Counted from the whole stretch's first letter, positions 1 through 12,854 are shown. The stretch: 61,867 nt of DNA, filler included, from Fonticula-like sp. SCN 57-25 (GCA_001724245.1; 11 parts of 11 records of this genome joined end to end with filler, not necessarily neighbours in it); one strand, 5' to 3'. Numbers and translations are program-made. The notes: generated by a model from the letters alone, not told the origin.

Positions 1-945
1 TCTGATTCACCTGCGCGCTGCCGCCCTGCGCCCTCACTGCCATTGACTGCGGGCTGAACGTGCGCGACATGAGCGTCGTCGCCGTCGCCACTGGCCTCCC
101 CTGGAGCGGCGGCGACTGAGTCCGCTGCTTGCTGTCGGCCGCCAACGTCGGCGGTGACATGCCGGCGCCGCGCCTAGATCAGATCGGATCTGCGTCAGGA
201 TCACCAAAAAAAAAAAGATGATGTGCACGGACCGGTTGCCGTGTCGGGCAGACTGGAGCACGTCGGGGCGGCCGGCGAGCGGCGAGTTGGCGCGCACGCG
301 AATGCCCTGGTAGTAGTAGCGCGAGTGGCCGCGCTCGCCGAGGCGGCGCGTGCGGATGAAGGGGAAGACTTGGTGGATGACCTTGCCAAAGAGGGCAGAG
401 TTGAGGGGATCGAGATGGCGTTCGGCGCAGAATTCAGTGTAGTGGTCGTAGAGGAGCTGGCGGGGGAGGCTCACAGAGTCGTCGCACTCGTAGGTGGCGC
501 GGAGCCTGGGGGAGGGAAGGGATCAGCAGAGTGGCAAGATGAGGAGGCAAGACATCAAGTAACAAGGATCAGGATGGAAAGGGAGAAAGAGGTAAAAGGA
601 TGGAAGAGATGTTGCAAAGTGATGCAAAATGATACAAAATGGTGTAAAATTGGTATCAAAGAGGCCGAAAAGCGAGGCAAAAGATGCCACGAAAGCGACC
701 GAAGTGACCAGAAAAGGAGGGAAAAGGTGATGACCAATGACCACTGACAAATGCAAGCCACAATCCACAACCCACAAATGGCAAAAAACAAAAGAAAGCG
801 CGTACCATGGAGCGAGTACCGACTGCTGCGCCGTCGCGTTCTCGCTGAGCACTCTCGTCGTCGGCCCCGGCTCCTCTGGGCTACTGCTCATCTCGTCCTT
901 ATCACCACCACCCATCGCCGGCGGCGACATGGACGATGCCGACAT
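1..945 (-). CDS. RFX-family winged-helix transcription factor (3' partial, spliced)
   Basis: Spliced translation W|LRATYECDDSVSLPRQLLYDHYTEFCAERHLDPLNSALFGKVIHQVFPFIRTRRLGERGHSRYYYQGIRVR is an RFX DNA-binding domain. Intron 506-805 (GTACGC..CAG); second intron near 174-232. Runs off the contig end. Confidence 0.9.
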
Positions 946-1963
946 TCGGCCGCGCCGCTGTCCTTGCGCCTGCACAACACGTGCGCGAAGCGTTCAAATA
1001 AGGTGCGCGCCTGCTCGCTCTGCGTGGATGCGGCGTGGGAATTGCGGGCTTCGCGCGCGCCTCGTCACCGTCAACCGACGTGTCCACCCCCAAGCAGCGG
1101 CACGTGACTCGAATCGAGATGGCCATAAATAAACAATAGTCGAATAAAACCCACATAAAACCCGGTTTGAACATGGGACAGACGTGCAATACGAGCCAAT
1201 ATGGACATGACTAGGGGCAATTTCGTCCATAATAGTATCCATAGCGAATCCGTGTTGTCGCCGGTGAACGTGCAGCCAATGGCGGAGGGGGAAAGAGAAT
1301 GCTGAGGTGGGAATTCCGGGTGGGTAACTACGGGTGCCGTCGGGAGGGATAATTGTACAGGAATGTGTGGCAAAGGCGACTGACCAGGTTGGAATTCCAA
1401 GGCAGGTCCACGTGCGCCATGCGGGCAAAGTGATAGCGGCCATTAGTAAACCTGTTTCAACCATGACTTAATATGGCACAAAGGACACAGTTACGAAGAA
1501 AATAAATGTGGACTATTGTGTCCATTCAATACCTTTTAATATGGCCAACATCCTTTTTGTGCCTTTTTGTGCCTTTTTTTGACTTTTTGGCGCCTTTTTT
1601 GACCTTTTGGCGCTCTTTTTGAATTTCAAGCACAATATTTGCCCATAATACCCCCAATTTTCCATCTACTCTCACCAAGAATAACCTCTGAACTGAACTG
1701 TATTATTGATTAAAAGCAGCATCGAGCGGCCTCCGCTCTCCAGGGCGGGCAGGCAAAATCAAATCAAATATTCCATGTATGAAAGGCAGAGCGGCGCGGA
1801 TCAAACGCAGAGAGAAAGAAATCGTGATAAACAAAATAAAGGGGCATCGAAAAGCCGACGAGCGCGACGGTGTAGTCTAGCAGAGAATTGTGTCGAGGAA
1901 GCCTTTGATGTGTATCATACAGACGCTAAAGCGGCGAAGGCGGCGGCGGCGGCGGCGGCGGCA

Positions 1964-4900
1964 TTACGCCTTTGGCAGGCGGCACACCTGCGCGAGCTTG
2001 CCGCCGTTCTCAAAGACCATCGCCTGCGCGGCCGGGTCCTCTTGTACAGAAATCTTGACCGGGTTCGGGTTCTTGCCGGCCACGTACTCGACCGTCGGAG
2101 CGACAGACACCTTGATCGTGGCGCCAGTGGCCTGCTGAACAGTGCGGTACAGGCGCGTCACAAACTCAATCTAGTAAAAAAAATGTCAGTTTACATCCAA
2201 AAACATCCAAAAAAGGCACGTACGACGTCGTTTCCGTTGGAAGCAATGAGGATAAAATCGCCCTTCTTCTCACCCGTCACGTGCAGCACAATGATGCCAT
2301 CCGACCCGCTCGTCACCGACACACCGGTAATATTGGCGATCGGCACACGCGCGCTCGGCTTGAACTGCTTCTCGGCGGGCAGCGTATTGTAAAACGCCTG
2401 CGTCGTGAACGCCACGGCGCGCGGGACATACTTTAGGTTGGAGCGGTGGCGCTTGGCCGCGGCGAACGACACGACGGCGGCGGTCTCGGACGCGTCGGCG
2501 CCCGTCTTTGCCCACGACGCGCTCTGCGTAATGCTGAGCTGGTCGCCCTTGAACTTTACGCCGACCGACGCGGCATAGTCGTCGCGCTTGCCCTTGAAGA
2601 GCTCGCTGGCGCACAGCTTCTCCTCGAGCATGAGCTTGCGCTCGGGGGTGAGCGCGCGGCGGTACTTGTACGCCATGAGCAGCTGGTACATCTTGCCGAG
2701 GCGCTTGGCGGCGTCGCGCATGGGCGGCAGCACGTCGCGGTCCGTCGGCCACTTTACGCCGCGCCAGTTGCTGCCGGCCTGGCGCGCAATGGTCGCGAGG
2801 CGGCGGAGGAACTTGCGGCGCAAAAAGACGCGCGCGGCGCGCTGCAGGTACGGCACGGCGTGCTTGGGCAGCTTGCGCTTCATGACGCGGTAGCGCAGGC
2901 GGGCGATAAAGCCGCGGACGACGGCGGCGATAAAGATGGCCGACTTGCGCATCTTGACGTACTCTTGGCGCTGGTGGTGGCCGCGGAAGGTCGCCGAGAT
3001 GAGCGTGACCGACTCGCGCATCTTTTGGTAGCGGCGCGAGTAGACGTGCGCGAGGTAGCGCGCCTTGATCTTGGTGGCGAGGCGGTGCTTGGCAACGTTG
3101 CGGTCGCTCTCAAGCTGGAAGAGCGTCAGCGGGTTGCGGATAAACACCTTGGTGCGGCCGAGCTGGTACTCTTGCTCGCCCAGGCCCTGCGCCTTGACAA
3201 TGGCGAGCGCAGCGTCGCGCAGGTCGGTAAACGACGACGACGGCCACGTCTCGCGGCACAGCATCTTGTAGCGCTCAACAAACTTTTCATACTTTTGGCG
3301 GAAGCAAAAGCCGGCGCGCTTGACGCGCACGTTCTCGAGCAGACCGAGGTAGCGGACCTGGTGCAGGCACATGTCGTCCTGGAAGACGCTCGCCGCCTTG
3401 CGGTCATTCGGCTTGATGCAGCGCACATAGTGCGGGTTCTTGGCCAGCAGGTTCTTCATCAGCTGGTCCATCGAGTTGCGGAACTGGGTGCCGGCAGAGT
3501 CGGGGCGCTTCAGGTCAGACTGGCTCGCCGACTCGGGGAAGAGGTCGAGCACAACCTTGTTGGTCGAAGAGTTCATCGTGTACATCAGGTCCCTGAAGAG
3601 CAGGTCCTTGTTCTTGTCGATGAAGCCGTCGGCGGCGTACTGCACATCGCCGGCATAGTGCTTGAGGCGGAAGTCGAGCGGGCCGAGCGTCTTGTCCGAG
3701 CGGGCCGTCTCGCGCGACACATAGTGGCGGTGGTTCTGGTAGGCAGCGTTGAACTTGTCCATGAGCGTCTCGGTGGTCGCCTCGCCGGGGCGCAGGCACT
3801 CCTCGTCAAGGCGGTCAATGATGCCGACCTTGCGGTCCTCAATCAGCTTGCAGATGACAGCATTGTCAAAGTAGTCAATGGGGGTCCACACAATGCCCTC
3901 GCGCTGGTACTCCTCCTGCTCGAGCTTGAGCGTGAGCTCGATAAAGATCTGCTGGAGCTTTTCATTACAATAGTTGATGCAAAACTGTTCAAAGCTATTT
4001 TTCTGTTGGGGAAAAAAGTGTCAGAATCAAACTTTTTGACCTCAAAAAAAAAGAACAAAAATGTACGTACGGCGAGAATCTCAAAACCGTAAATGTCGAG
4101 CACACCAATGACGGCGCGGCGCGACGCATTCTTCGAGTGAATGTTGTCGTTGATCTTGCGCACGACCCACGAAAAGAGGCGGTCATAGGTCGACTTGGCG
4201 AGCGCGTCGCGCGAGTACAGCGCCTGGTCATAGTTGAGCGGCGTGGTCATGTCGCGGCCGTGCTTGGACGTGTCCTTGACGGTACGCGAGGTAAGCGCAG
4301 CGCGCAGCGACGCGACAGGCACGTGGAAGAGCGCGGCGGCCTTTTCAAGCGCTATCATTCGTCAAACATTAGCCAAAAGATATATCTAAACCAATCGCAG
4401 CGCACCATCCTCGTTCTGCACGGCGCACGACTCGTCGGTCAGCTTGGAGAAGCTGACGTTGCCGAGGTGCAGAATACCAGCGACGACCTCAAAGATGCCG
4501 TTGATCGCATCGGCCTCAAAGCCAATGGTCTGCATGGCGCTGCGCACAATGTCAAACTCGACGCGGTCGTCAACGTCCTTGATGCTGTCGGCGCCGCTCT
4601 GGTTGGTGTACTGGTAGTCGGCGGCGTTGCCGGTCAGCTGCAGCGCGCCGGCGTTCGAGCCACGCAGCACCTGGTAAAAGATGTGAAAGTTGCGCTCGTT
4701 CTGGCCCTGGTAGACGACGCGCGACTTTTCGAGGAGGTAGTTTGTGACGATGCCGCCGATCGGGTCGCCCTTAAAGTCAAACTGCAGGTCCATGTACTTG
4801 CCAAAGCGCGACGAGTTGTCGTTACGCGTAGTCTTGGCGTTACCAAAGGCCTCGAGCACGGGGTTGGAGTTGAGGAGCTGGTCCTTGACGCGGTCAACCT

Positions 4901-5399
4901 CGGTGCTGCTGCCGCTGACGGCCGCAATGTACTTCATGATGATCTTGGACGCCTCAGTCTTGCCGGCACCGCTCTCGCCAGTGATGAGAATGCACTGGTC
5001 GACGTTGCGGTCGCGCATGTTGCGGTACGCATCATCGGCCACCGAGAAGCTGCACGCGATGTCATGAGCCATGGCGGGACGCGGGGGGAAAAATGGGCGG
5101 GAACGTACATGTGCGGCGGCAGCTCATACATGTTGGCGCTGCGGTACTTTTCAATCAGCTCGGGCGTGTAAATGTTCATCTTCTTGTAGGGGTTGACGGA
5201 CACGACGACATTACCGATAAAGGTCTACATGGCGCGCATGCCATTGGTGAGCCACAATACCAAAAAAAAAGGCCCGGAATGCCCCGCGTACGTAGATGCG
5301 GTCGTTGACGAAGCGCTGCCGCAGGTTATCCATAAAGGCCTCCTCCGTGATCTGCCCCAGCAGGACAAAGTCCCCGAGACCCGGCTCACTCAGATCCAT
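1964..5399 (-). CDS. MYO1: Class I myosin, short-tailed (motor, ~4 IQ-like motifs, TH1 tail, no SH3)
   Basis: Motor motifs GESGAGKTEASK, NDNSSRFGKY, RDALAK, GVLDIYGFE, PHYVRCIKPND, QVRYLGLLENVRVKRAGF; IQ-like repeats; TH1 tail (KKGDFIL). Exons joined by short GT-AG introns. Confidence 0.95.
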
Positions 5400-5499
5400 G
5401 GCGCGATGCTTCCGTCCGGCGGGCTTTTGCTTGGGCGGGCAAAGAAAGAGGTCTGGGCCGTGTGGCTTGAAAGGAAAACAATTTGAACTGTGGCATGCG

Positions 5500-5546
5500 A
5501 TCTGACCAATCAGCATCGAGCATTGTTGACTTCCTGATAAGGAAGT
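5500..5546. promoter_or_regulatory. CCAAT box plus CArG-like inverted repeat upstream of myosin I
   Basis: GACCAATCAG near 5504-5513; ACTTCC-TGATAA-GGAAGT at 5529-5546. Confidence 0.35.
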
Positions 5547-5567
5547 AATATGGAGGGCTGGACAATA

Positions 5568-5667
5568 NNNNNNNNNNNNNNNNNNNNNNNNNNNNNNNNN
5601 NNNNNNNNNNNTTAATTAATTAANNNNNNNNNNNNNNNNNNNNNNNNNNNNNNNNNNNNNNNNNNNN
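5568..5667. other. Artificial contig spacer. Others at 11227-11326, 16870-16969, 22504-22603, 28135-28234, 33765-33864, 39391-39490, 45014-45113, 50637-50736, 56251-56350
   Basis: Ten identical 100-nt blocks of N with TTAATTAATTAA (stops in all six frames) separate contigs of 5.51-5.57 kb. Confidence 0.99.
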
Positions 5668-6456
5668 GTGCTGATCGAGCGCGCCACCAAGAATGTCCTC
5701 ATGGTCGCCGTGTTTGACCCGGTCGTGAGCGAGTACGTCATCTCGCGCAACGTGACAAACCCCACGCGCCACGGGCCCGACTACGTCGGCGGCATCAAGT
5801 ACGAATTGGCTCTCTTTGCTGGCGTGGCTGACGCGCGCTTGCCGCAGGTATAACTTGACTGGTACCGCGTTCACCGTGTTTGACAATGGAGCACGCGTTG
5901 ATTGGACGCCGCAGCTGGCGCCGCGCCGTCGCGAGCTCGGCATCATTGCGTACTCGCTCAACTTTTGGGGCCTCGAGCCGCGCGCCTTCCACGTCTTTAC
6001 GCCAAACAATGTCGACGAGACGCAGGGCACCGACTTGGAATCCCGCGTCAACGCCGGGCAGTTTACCGACCTCAAGCTCATGCACAACCGGCCGCCAAAG
6101 TGGAACGAGGGTGCGCTTTTTTGAGGTGATTTATCAATTTTTGCTCATATTTTGGTGGCAGAGCGCGGCACGTACACACTGGATTTCCGCAACAATGTAC
6201 GGAAGGCCAGCAAGAAGAACTTTATTTTGGACGTAGATGCAAAGCAGCCCGGCGGTCCTTCCGTAGCCGGTACGTTTCCTATTGGCTCGATTATTATTTT
6301 TGGTCACCTGACTAACGCGCATTATTAGCTGAGGCAATGATGATGGGCAAGATTGAGCAGAATCATTTTTATATCCACTTTTCCGACCCGCTGTCGGCCG
6401 TCGTCGCGTTCGGCATCGCTGTCAGCAGTTTCCACCGCAAGCTCATGGTCAAGTAA
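5668..6456 (+). CDS. Tubby C-terminal domain protein (5' partial, spliced)
   Basis: NLTGTAFTVFDNG, LMHNRPPKWNE, YTLDFRNNVRKASKKNF and DPLSAVVAFGIAVSSFHRKLMVK* match the tubby domain. Confidence 0.85.
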
Positions 6457-6772
6457 ACCCATTTCGTCCCCAGTGGTTTCTTTCTCTTTCTTGTCGCCCC
6501 ATTCCCGCCCTCGTGTGATCGTGCGCTACCCTTAGACGCCGCACTTTCGCTGGTGATACTCGTTTCAATGGTTGTTTTGTTGTTTCCCTTTTTCTTTCTG
6601 GGTTCCTTGCAAGGTGGCGCCATTTGGCGGCCCCCCTCCTCCCTCACTCAATAGACTTTAATCACTTGATTTCTCGGAATTGTATGGCACTTTTACAACG
6701 TTGCACTGCGGCGACTGATACGAATGACTCAAAATTACGCACTGAAAAGCAATTAAAAACGGCAGGCAAAGG

Positions 6773-8988
6773 TCAGCGCCGCGACCTCTTTGACTCGAAA
6801 TGCGCCGCTGTCTTTTCGCGCGCCGCCTCGCTTGCCGCGCGAACGGGTCGCCGAGGCTGCACTGCCTCCATCTGGTCGGCTGCGAGAGGTGTAAGACACA
6901 GCAGCTTCAACGAGCGGCCGTACCTTTGCGCTTAGCCGCCGGTGCAGCAGCAGCAGCAGCAGCGGCGGGTGGCGGCGGCCGACGTGGCGCGCTGATTGGC
7001 TGGGCCACCTGCGGCCTGGCGATGTGAACCGGATTTAGCGCCGTTTCCTCTCGCGTCAAAGGGCGCCTTCCAGTTGTCTGTGTCGCTACCGTCGCCGGCA
7101 CTCTTGCCCCGCCACGCGCGACCCACGGGTGGCTGAGCGCCCCCTCGACGGTGATCCGCGCGGCGGGGTCCACCTGCAGCATCCGCTTGACGAGGTCGAT
7201 GGCGGCGGGGTCGACGGCGTCCCACCAGGGCGATGGAAAGTTGTAGTCGCCCTTGCGAATCTGCTCGACGAGCGGCAGGTGCTTGCGGTCGTCGGAGAAC
7301 GGCGGGAAGCCGCAGAGACTGCGCAGATCAGCAACATGCGCAAACGGGTATTTGATGCATACAGAATGTATAGAATGACGCCGAGGGACCAGATGTCGAC
7401 GGCCTTGCCGTACCCCGCCGTGCGCTTGGAGAGCACGTCGGGCGCGAGATAGTACGGCGTGCCGCACACGGTGCTCATAAACGAGTTTTCGCCAACGATG
7501 CGCGCAAAACCAAAGTCGGATATTTTAATGTCAAGGCCGGTCTTGTCCACAAGCAGAATGTTTTCGGGCTAACGGGAAGGCGTGAGCGTGATGAGTACTA
7601 AAGGACAAGCGCACCTTGAGGTCGCGGTGAGCGATGCCGTTCGAGTGGAGATACTAAAAAAATGTGTTAATGTAATGCAATGCGCATGTCGCATCGCACC
7701 TTGACGCCTTCCAGCAGCTGCACTGCGAGGTGGCGGGCCTCGCCGTCGTCAAACTTGCCACGCTCGATGATGCGGTCAAAAAGCTCGCCGCCGTGAAGCA
7801 ACTCGAGCACAAGGTACAGCGTGTCGGGCTCGTCGTAAAAGTCAATAATGCGCACAAGATTCGGCTACACGTCGCTCTTTAGTATTATATTTCCTTACTT
7901 TTCCTGTCGTACGTGGTCAAGCTGCATCATGATGCGCGTCTCGCGCTCTAGGTTGAGCATAAACTTGGAGTTGGTCGAGCACTTGCGCTTGTCAATCTGC
8001 TTGATAGCAACGTGGCGGCCCGTCTCCTTGTCGACGGCGAGAAAGACGTGCGCAAAGGTGCCGCTGGGCGTGTGTCAGGTTGGAAAGGTATCGAGAAAAA
8101 TCGTACCTGCCGAGCTCCTTGAGGATCTCGTAGTGGTCGCGGATCGCCTTGTGAGGGTTAGTGAAAGAAGCGATAGACAAGGCGCGTACGCGGCCGACAG
8201 TGGCAGGGGTTGAGGCCGAGACGGGCGCAGGTACGAGCTGGAAGAGGTAGTCTAGCACGCATGTCAGAATGGATACTACCTGCGGGCGCCGATCGTACGC
8301 TTGTCGTCGTGGCTCGATGAAGGCACGGCGAATTGAATCTCTGTATTGTGGTGCAGAGTGATAAACTCGAGGCGCCCGACGCGCCGCCCGTTCACAAAAG
8401 TGCCGTTCTTGCTATGGGCATCGGCATTAATATTATGAACAGATCCCTGCCAGGGGCGCACCTTGTGTCCTGCAGGCGGCAGACGACGTCTCCTTTGGGG
8501 TCCGTCTCTGTAAAGATACGACAGTGGCGGCTGCTGATGGTGCGAAAGTCGGGGCGAATGCTGCACGCAGGGTCGCGGCCGACGAGGTACTCTGGCTCCA
8601 CGAGCACTGTGCGACGTGAATGAGAAGAGGGTAAAACAGCCCCTGGCACACGCACTGATATCTTCAAACAGCTTGGGATTGAGCGACAGGAGCATGCCCC
8701 ACGGCTTCTTCTCCTATCAACGGTGTAAGACAGGTGCTCTCGCGCCGAGAATACGTACATTGATGTCGGGTTCGGCGGTGCTCGACATGTGGATGCGCCG
8801 GAGCGTTGATGGCATGCGCTCGAGATCGGATCCCTCCATGATGCCGCTGGAGGAAGGCGCGGGCGGCGGCTGCGTCGGCGGATCTTCCAAGCTGCTCCTA
8901 ATGGGTCCATGCGCGTTAAAAAGGTCACGATAAACGTGATATAGACGGACCCGCTACTGCTCCCTACCGATCGCCATTTTTGAGCCAT
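6773..8988 (-). CDS. FHA-domain Ser/Thr kinase, Chk2/Cds1/Dun1-like (many small introns)
   Basis: FHA motifs [18 protein letters not shown] and SKNGTFVNG; kinase motifs [47 protein letters not shown]. Confidence 0.88.
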
Positions 8989-9300
8989 CGTTGTTGTAGT
9001 AAACCGAGTGGCGGCCAAGTTGCGATCAACATGTCACCATATCACGCTGCAAACTGACATGCAAAGTGACCATGGAGAGCGCTCGTTAACCATTTTCTGA
9101 CCATTTTGCCGCTTTTATGTGCGCAATTGCTCGCATATTAACGCAGGTGTACGCCATATATATGAGCATTCCTTTCTCCCTATTTAAGTATCCTCTGAGC
9201 GCGGGCGCCGTGAGGGCAAGTGTCCCGCGATGCATTACCCTCGCCTCTTACCATAAAAAATGAAATACTTTATCTCGAAAATGTACAATGAGGAAAGTGT

Positions 9301-10047
9301 TTAAGCACGCTGCCGACCCTTGACAGAGAAGAACGAGCGAACGACAAACACCTGGAGCGCCGCCATGCCGACGATCAGGGCGCACTCAATCACCGTCGTC
9401 CAGAACACACGGGACTCGGTCTGGTAGACAGTGTCAAAGTTGCGCTACAAAAGAGAAATAAATTAGCAAGCAGCCCAAAGAGCCAATACTTCCCGCCCGC
9501 AATACGAACCCTCTCGCGCGTGCGGTAAAAGCTTAACGTGCGGTCGATCTTGATCAAACCCTCCTTGATCGAGTCGGTCGAGACCTGAATCGGCTCAACC
9601 TCCTTGCGAGCAATTTCGTCGGAAGAGGTCTTGGTGACGGTCTTGCTCTCGCCCGAAACGTCAATGTCAAAGGTCACGACCTTTTGCGCAAACGTCGACA
9701 TGGCGTTGGAGAAGCAGAAGCCGTACTCGCCGATCTGCTGAACGGTGAAAATGAACTCGCCATCCTTTTCGGCGGAGCCAGAGTTCAGCACTTGGCCCTG
9801 GGGATCCTTCACCTCAAAGTCAATGTCGAAAGAGCCGCCAGATTGAACCTACAGTGGCAGCGGTTAAAAGAGATGCGCGGAAAAAAGGGGGCCGTACGGC
9901 GAACGAAAAGTGCATCCTCTGGCCGACCTTGGTGGCGTCCTGGAAAAAGCACGAGGACTCGTGCGGCTGAATCTCCACAGTCAGTGCAGAGACGCTCGCC
10001 ATGAGGGCGGCGAGCGCGACCACCGAAAGCACGCTGAGCCTCGACAT
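9301..10047 (-). CDS. p24/emp24/TMED GOLD-domain cargo receptor
   Basis: Signal peptide, LTVEIQPHESSCFF, YGFCFSNAMSTF, coiled coil, TM segment, short FF-containing tail; two introns. Confidence 0.92.
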
Positions 10048-10172
10048 CCCTGCTGCTGTGATCGGCGACGAAACAACGCTTCTTTCGCGTCGGTTACGTC
10101 GGATTGGTTGGTTATCGTCGGTTTCGAGTCGGTTACTGGTCGGTTATTGGTCGGTTAAAACGGTGCGCTGGC

Positions 10173-11087
10173 ATGGAGGTGGCGGCGGCTATCGGCGCGC
10201 AGCTTGCTGCGAGCTGTCCGGGCTACAATGATCCTGAATTCGAGGCCCTTTTGGCGAGGTACACAACTATTGCTTTGTAAACGTTATATGTTGCTGATCG
10301 CCCGATGACCCAGATATGTCGACTTCAAGGCCAACTACAACAAGGTGTCGCAGCTGGTGCGCGGCGCTGGCCTGCAGGCGCAGGCGCCCGAGTACGCCCG
10401 GCAATGGATTCGGAGGACAATGCTGGTTTCATTCCAGGCGATGCTATTAGAGTTGCACTTTAACGCGCCTCGCCGCGTATGGACGCTACTTCGATCGTGC
10501 GTTTCATGCGCCCCTGCCGGCCGCCGCTCACACGTAGATGCTCAGAAATACCCGCCGCCTATTCGGCGTTCTCTATATGCGCACGGCCGACTTTTACTTG
10601 GAGATTTTAATGCGTATCGGTGAAGGTACGGCTTGTACTTGGCCCAGGGGGTTAATTTAGGCTCATATATGTCTATCAGCCCGCCACATTGTACCGCCAG
10701 TGACGGACTTTTCCGACCCAAAGACCCTCCATTCACTAGGCGAGCCCGATGCCATGGGTGACATGTACGAGAGCTATGTAGTCCTCTTGGAAGTGCTCTT
10801 TGAGCAGCGCGACGTAGAGTACGAATCAATCATGCACAGCACATATTGATATTGACTCTTGACGTTCTAGGTTGGAAAATGACGCAGCGTGGCGGCCAAC
10901 AACAGCACACTTGGAAGAAGTAATGAATGAGTATGCCTCGCGGATACTCGAACTACGCGAGGAGGGCGCCGGGAATGCCGCCGCCACTTCTGACGACGCG
11001 TCGCAATCCTGGTGGATGTGGTTCATTCCGGTGGGCGTTGTGGTGGGGCTCATAGCCTATCGCCTCTTTACCTCCGCCCGCCCATAG
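10173..11087 (+). CDS. Hypothetical tail-anchored membrane protein (~5 tiny introns)
   Basis: A consistent GT-AG spliced frame ends in WWMWFIPVGVVVGLIAYRLFTSARP*. No family recognised. Confidence 0.55.
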
Positions 11088-11344
11088 TCTCATTTCAGCA
11101 ATAAATTTCCCTCTATTCCATGTTGCACTCTTACAATTCCTTGCACCCCACTTATGCAGCAGCAGCATTCTTCCGTTTGTTTGTCACTCTGACCACGTGG
11201 ATTTGCTTTTCCACCATAGTTGCGCGNNNNNNNNNNNNNNNNNNNNNNNNNNNNNNNNNNNNNNNNNNNNTTAATTAATTAANNNNNNNNNNNNNNNNNN
11301 NNNNNNNNNNNNNNNNNNNNNNNNNNCTGTTTGCAGTTTGCACG

Positions 11345-12732
11345 ATGGCGGCGATGAAGGAGTTGCTCGACAAGGTGGCGGCCATCTGTGCGTGATCGCG
11401 TTCACAGCGCCGTCGCTGACCTTTTTCATAGCGCTCCAGGACCGCTCTGACCAGTGGCAACACTTTGTTGATCTTGTCACTGCCGTTAATGAGCTTGATG
11501 CCGCGCAGGGAGCGTCCCAGCTCCCCTCTTTCAAGCGCGGCGAGCCGCAGCGGGTGGTGGCGTGGCTCGCCGAGCGCGGCGTCAAGCTCTCCAACGCGGC
11601 CGTTGCTCCCGCGACGGGCCTTCCCGAAGGCGACGGCCTTGTTGCCAAGCGCAACCTGAAGCGCGGCGAGGAAGTTTTGCGCATCCCCCGCTCGGCCATG
11701 CTCGTGTCGGATCACTTGACCGGAACGCCGTTTGGCAAGGACTTTTTGATGTCCGAGGCGCCGTCGCTGGCGCTGACGCTGGCGCTCATTGTCGAGAGCC
11801 AGAACCCAAAGTCGTCGTTCCGCCCGTACATCGAGTCTCTTCCTCCGTCTTTTTCGACGATGCTGTACTTTACCCTTGCCGACTGCGCCGAGCTGAGCGG
11901 CTCTCCCGCACTGAGCGTGGCAATGCGCGGGTTCTTTGACGCAGTGAGGCACTTTTTCGTGCTTCAAAAAATCATTGCCGATGCGAAAGCCGCCGGCGCG
12001 GCGATCGAGCCCCTGTCTTGGTCGCTCTACCGCTGGGCGTCGAGCGCGGTCCACTCTCGTCAAAACAACGTTCCCTTGGCGAGCGGCAGGCCCGGCCGCG
12101 CGCTGATCCCGCTTTTCGACCTGGCGAACCACTCGGACAGCGCGGCTGAGGTGAGCACCGAGTACGACGCCGAGGCCGGCGCGTGCGTGTGCCGCGCGCC
12201 CAAGGACACGGCCGCCGGCCAGCAGTTCTACATTTACTATGGCGCGCGGCCGCAGAGCGACCTGCTGCTCTTTAGCGGGTTTGCGCTGAGCGAGCCGGCC
12301 AACCCGTCGCTCGACATTTTCCTCTTTCTCAACGCGAAGGAGGGCCCCGAGTACCCGATGCGCGTCGAGCTGCTCAACAAGCGGCTCGGCATGCCCGTCC
12401 CGGCCGAGCTGCCGCTCAGGGAGCCGCTCGAGCGGAGCACCGAGCTGCTTCGTTACGTGCGCGTCATGACAATGTTCATGCCCGAGCTCAAAAAGTGCAT
12501 CGCCGACAAAAAGTTTAACGGCGCGGCGATCACCCCGATGCAGGATAGGCGCGCGCACGCGTTCCTTGTCAAGAGGCTGCAGCTCTTGCTCGAGAATTAC
12601 CCGACCAGCGTGGAAGAGGACGACAAGCTTCTCAAGCAGGGGGCGTTCCCGACGCCCGCCAGGCAGGGGATCATTCGGCTCAGAAGAGCGGAAAAGGCGC
12701 TCCTGGAGCGCATCATCGCGGACAGCAAGTAG
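11345..12732 (+). CDS. SETD3: SETD3-like SET + Rubisco-LSMT substrate-binding domain methyltransferase
   Basis: YRWASSAVHSRQNNVP, ALIPLFDLANH, FYIYYGARPQSDLLLFSGF and IRLRRAEKALLE parallel SETD3 motifs; one short 5' intron. Confidence 0.75.
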
Positions 12733-12854
12733 GCCGACGAAAAGGGAGGCATTTTTGACATTATACATTGGTTCAATTGCGTTTCAGGGACACTTTGACT
12801 ATGTATTTCCCTCATTAAAATACATTCATTCTTTCATTACAACAAAAATGGTGC

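Noticed and set aside
994-1464. 156-aa ORF and possible X-box autoregulatory sites upstream of RFX
   Set aside because: No recognisable protein features or codon bias; X-box matches are too degenerate to support.
2446-4092. Long antisense or alternate-frame ORFs (also 11275-12768, 36638-37627, 41358-42590, 58174-59199)
   Set aside because: Shadow ORFs from GC-rich codon bias over real genes.
5568-5667. TTAATTAATTAA within N-runs as a biological repeat, and gene clusters across spacers
   Set aside because: It is an artificial six-frame-stop linker; flanking contigs are unrelated.
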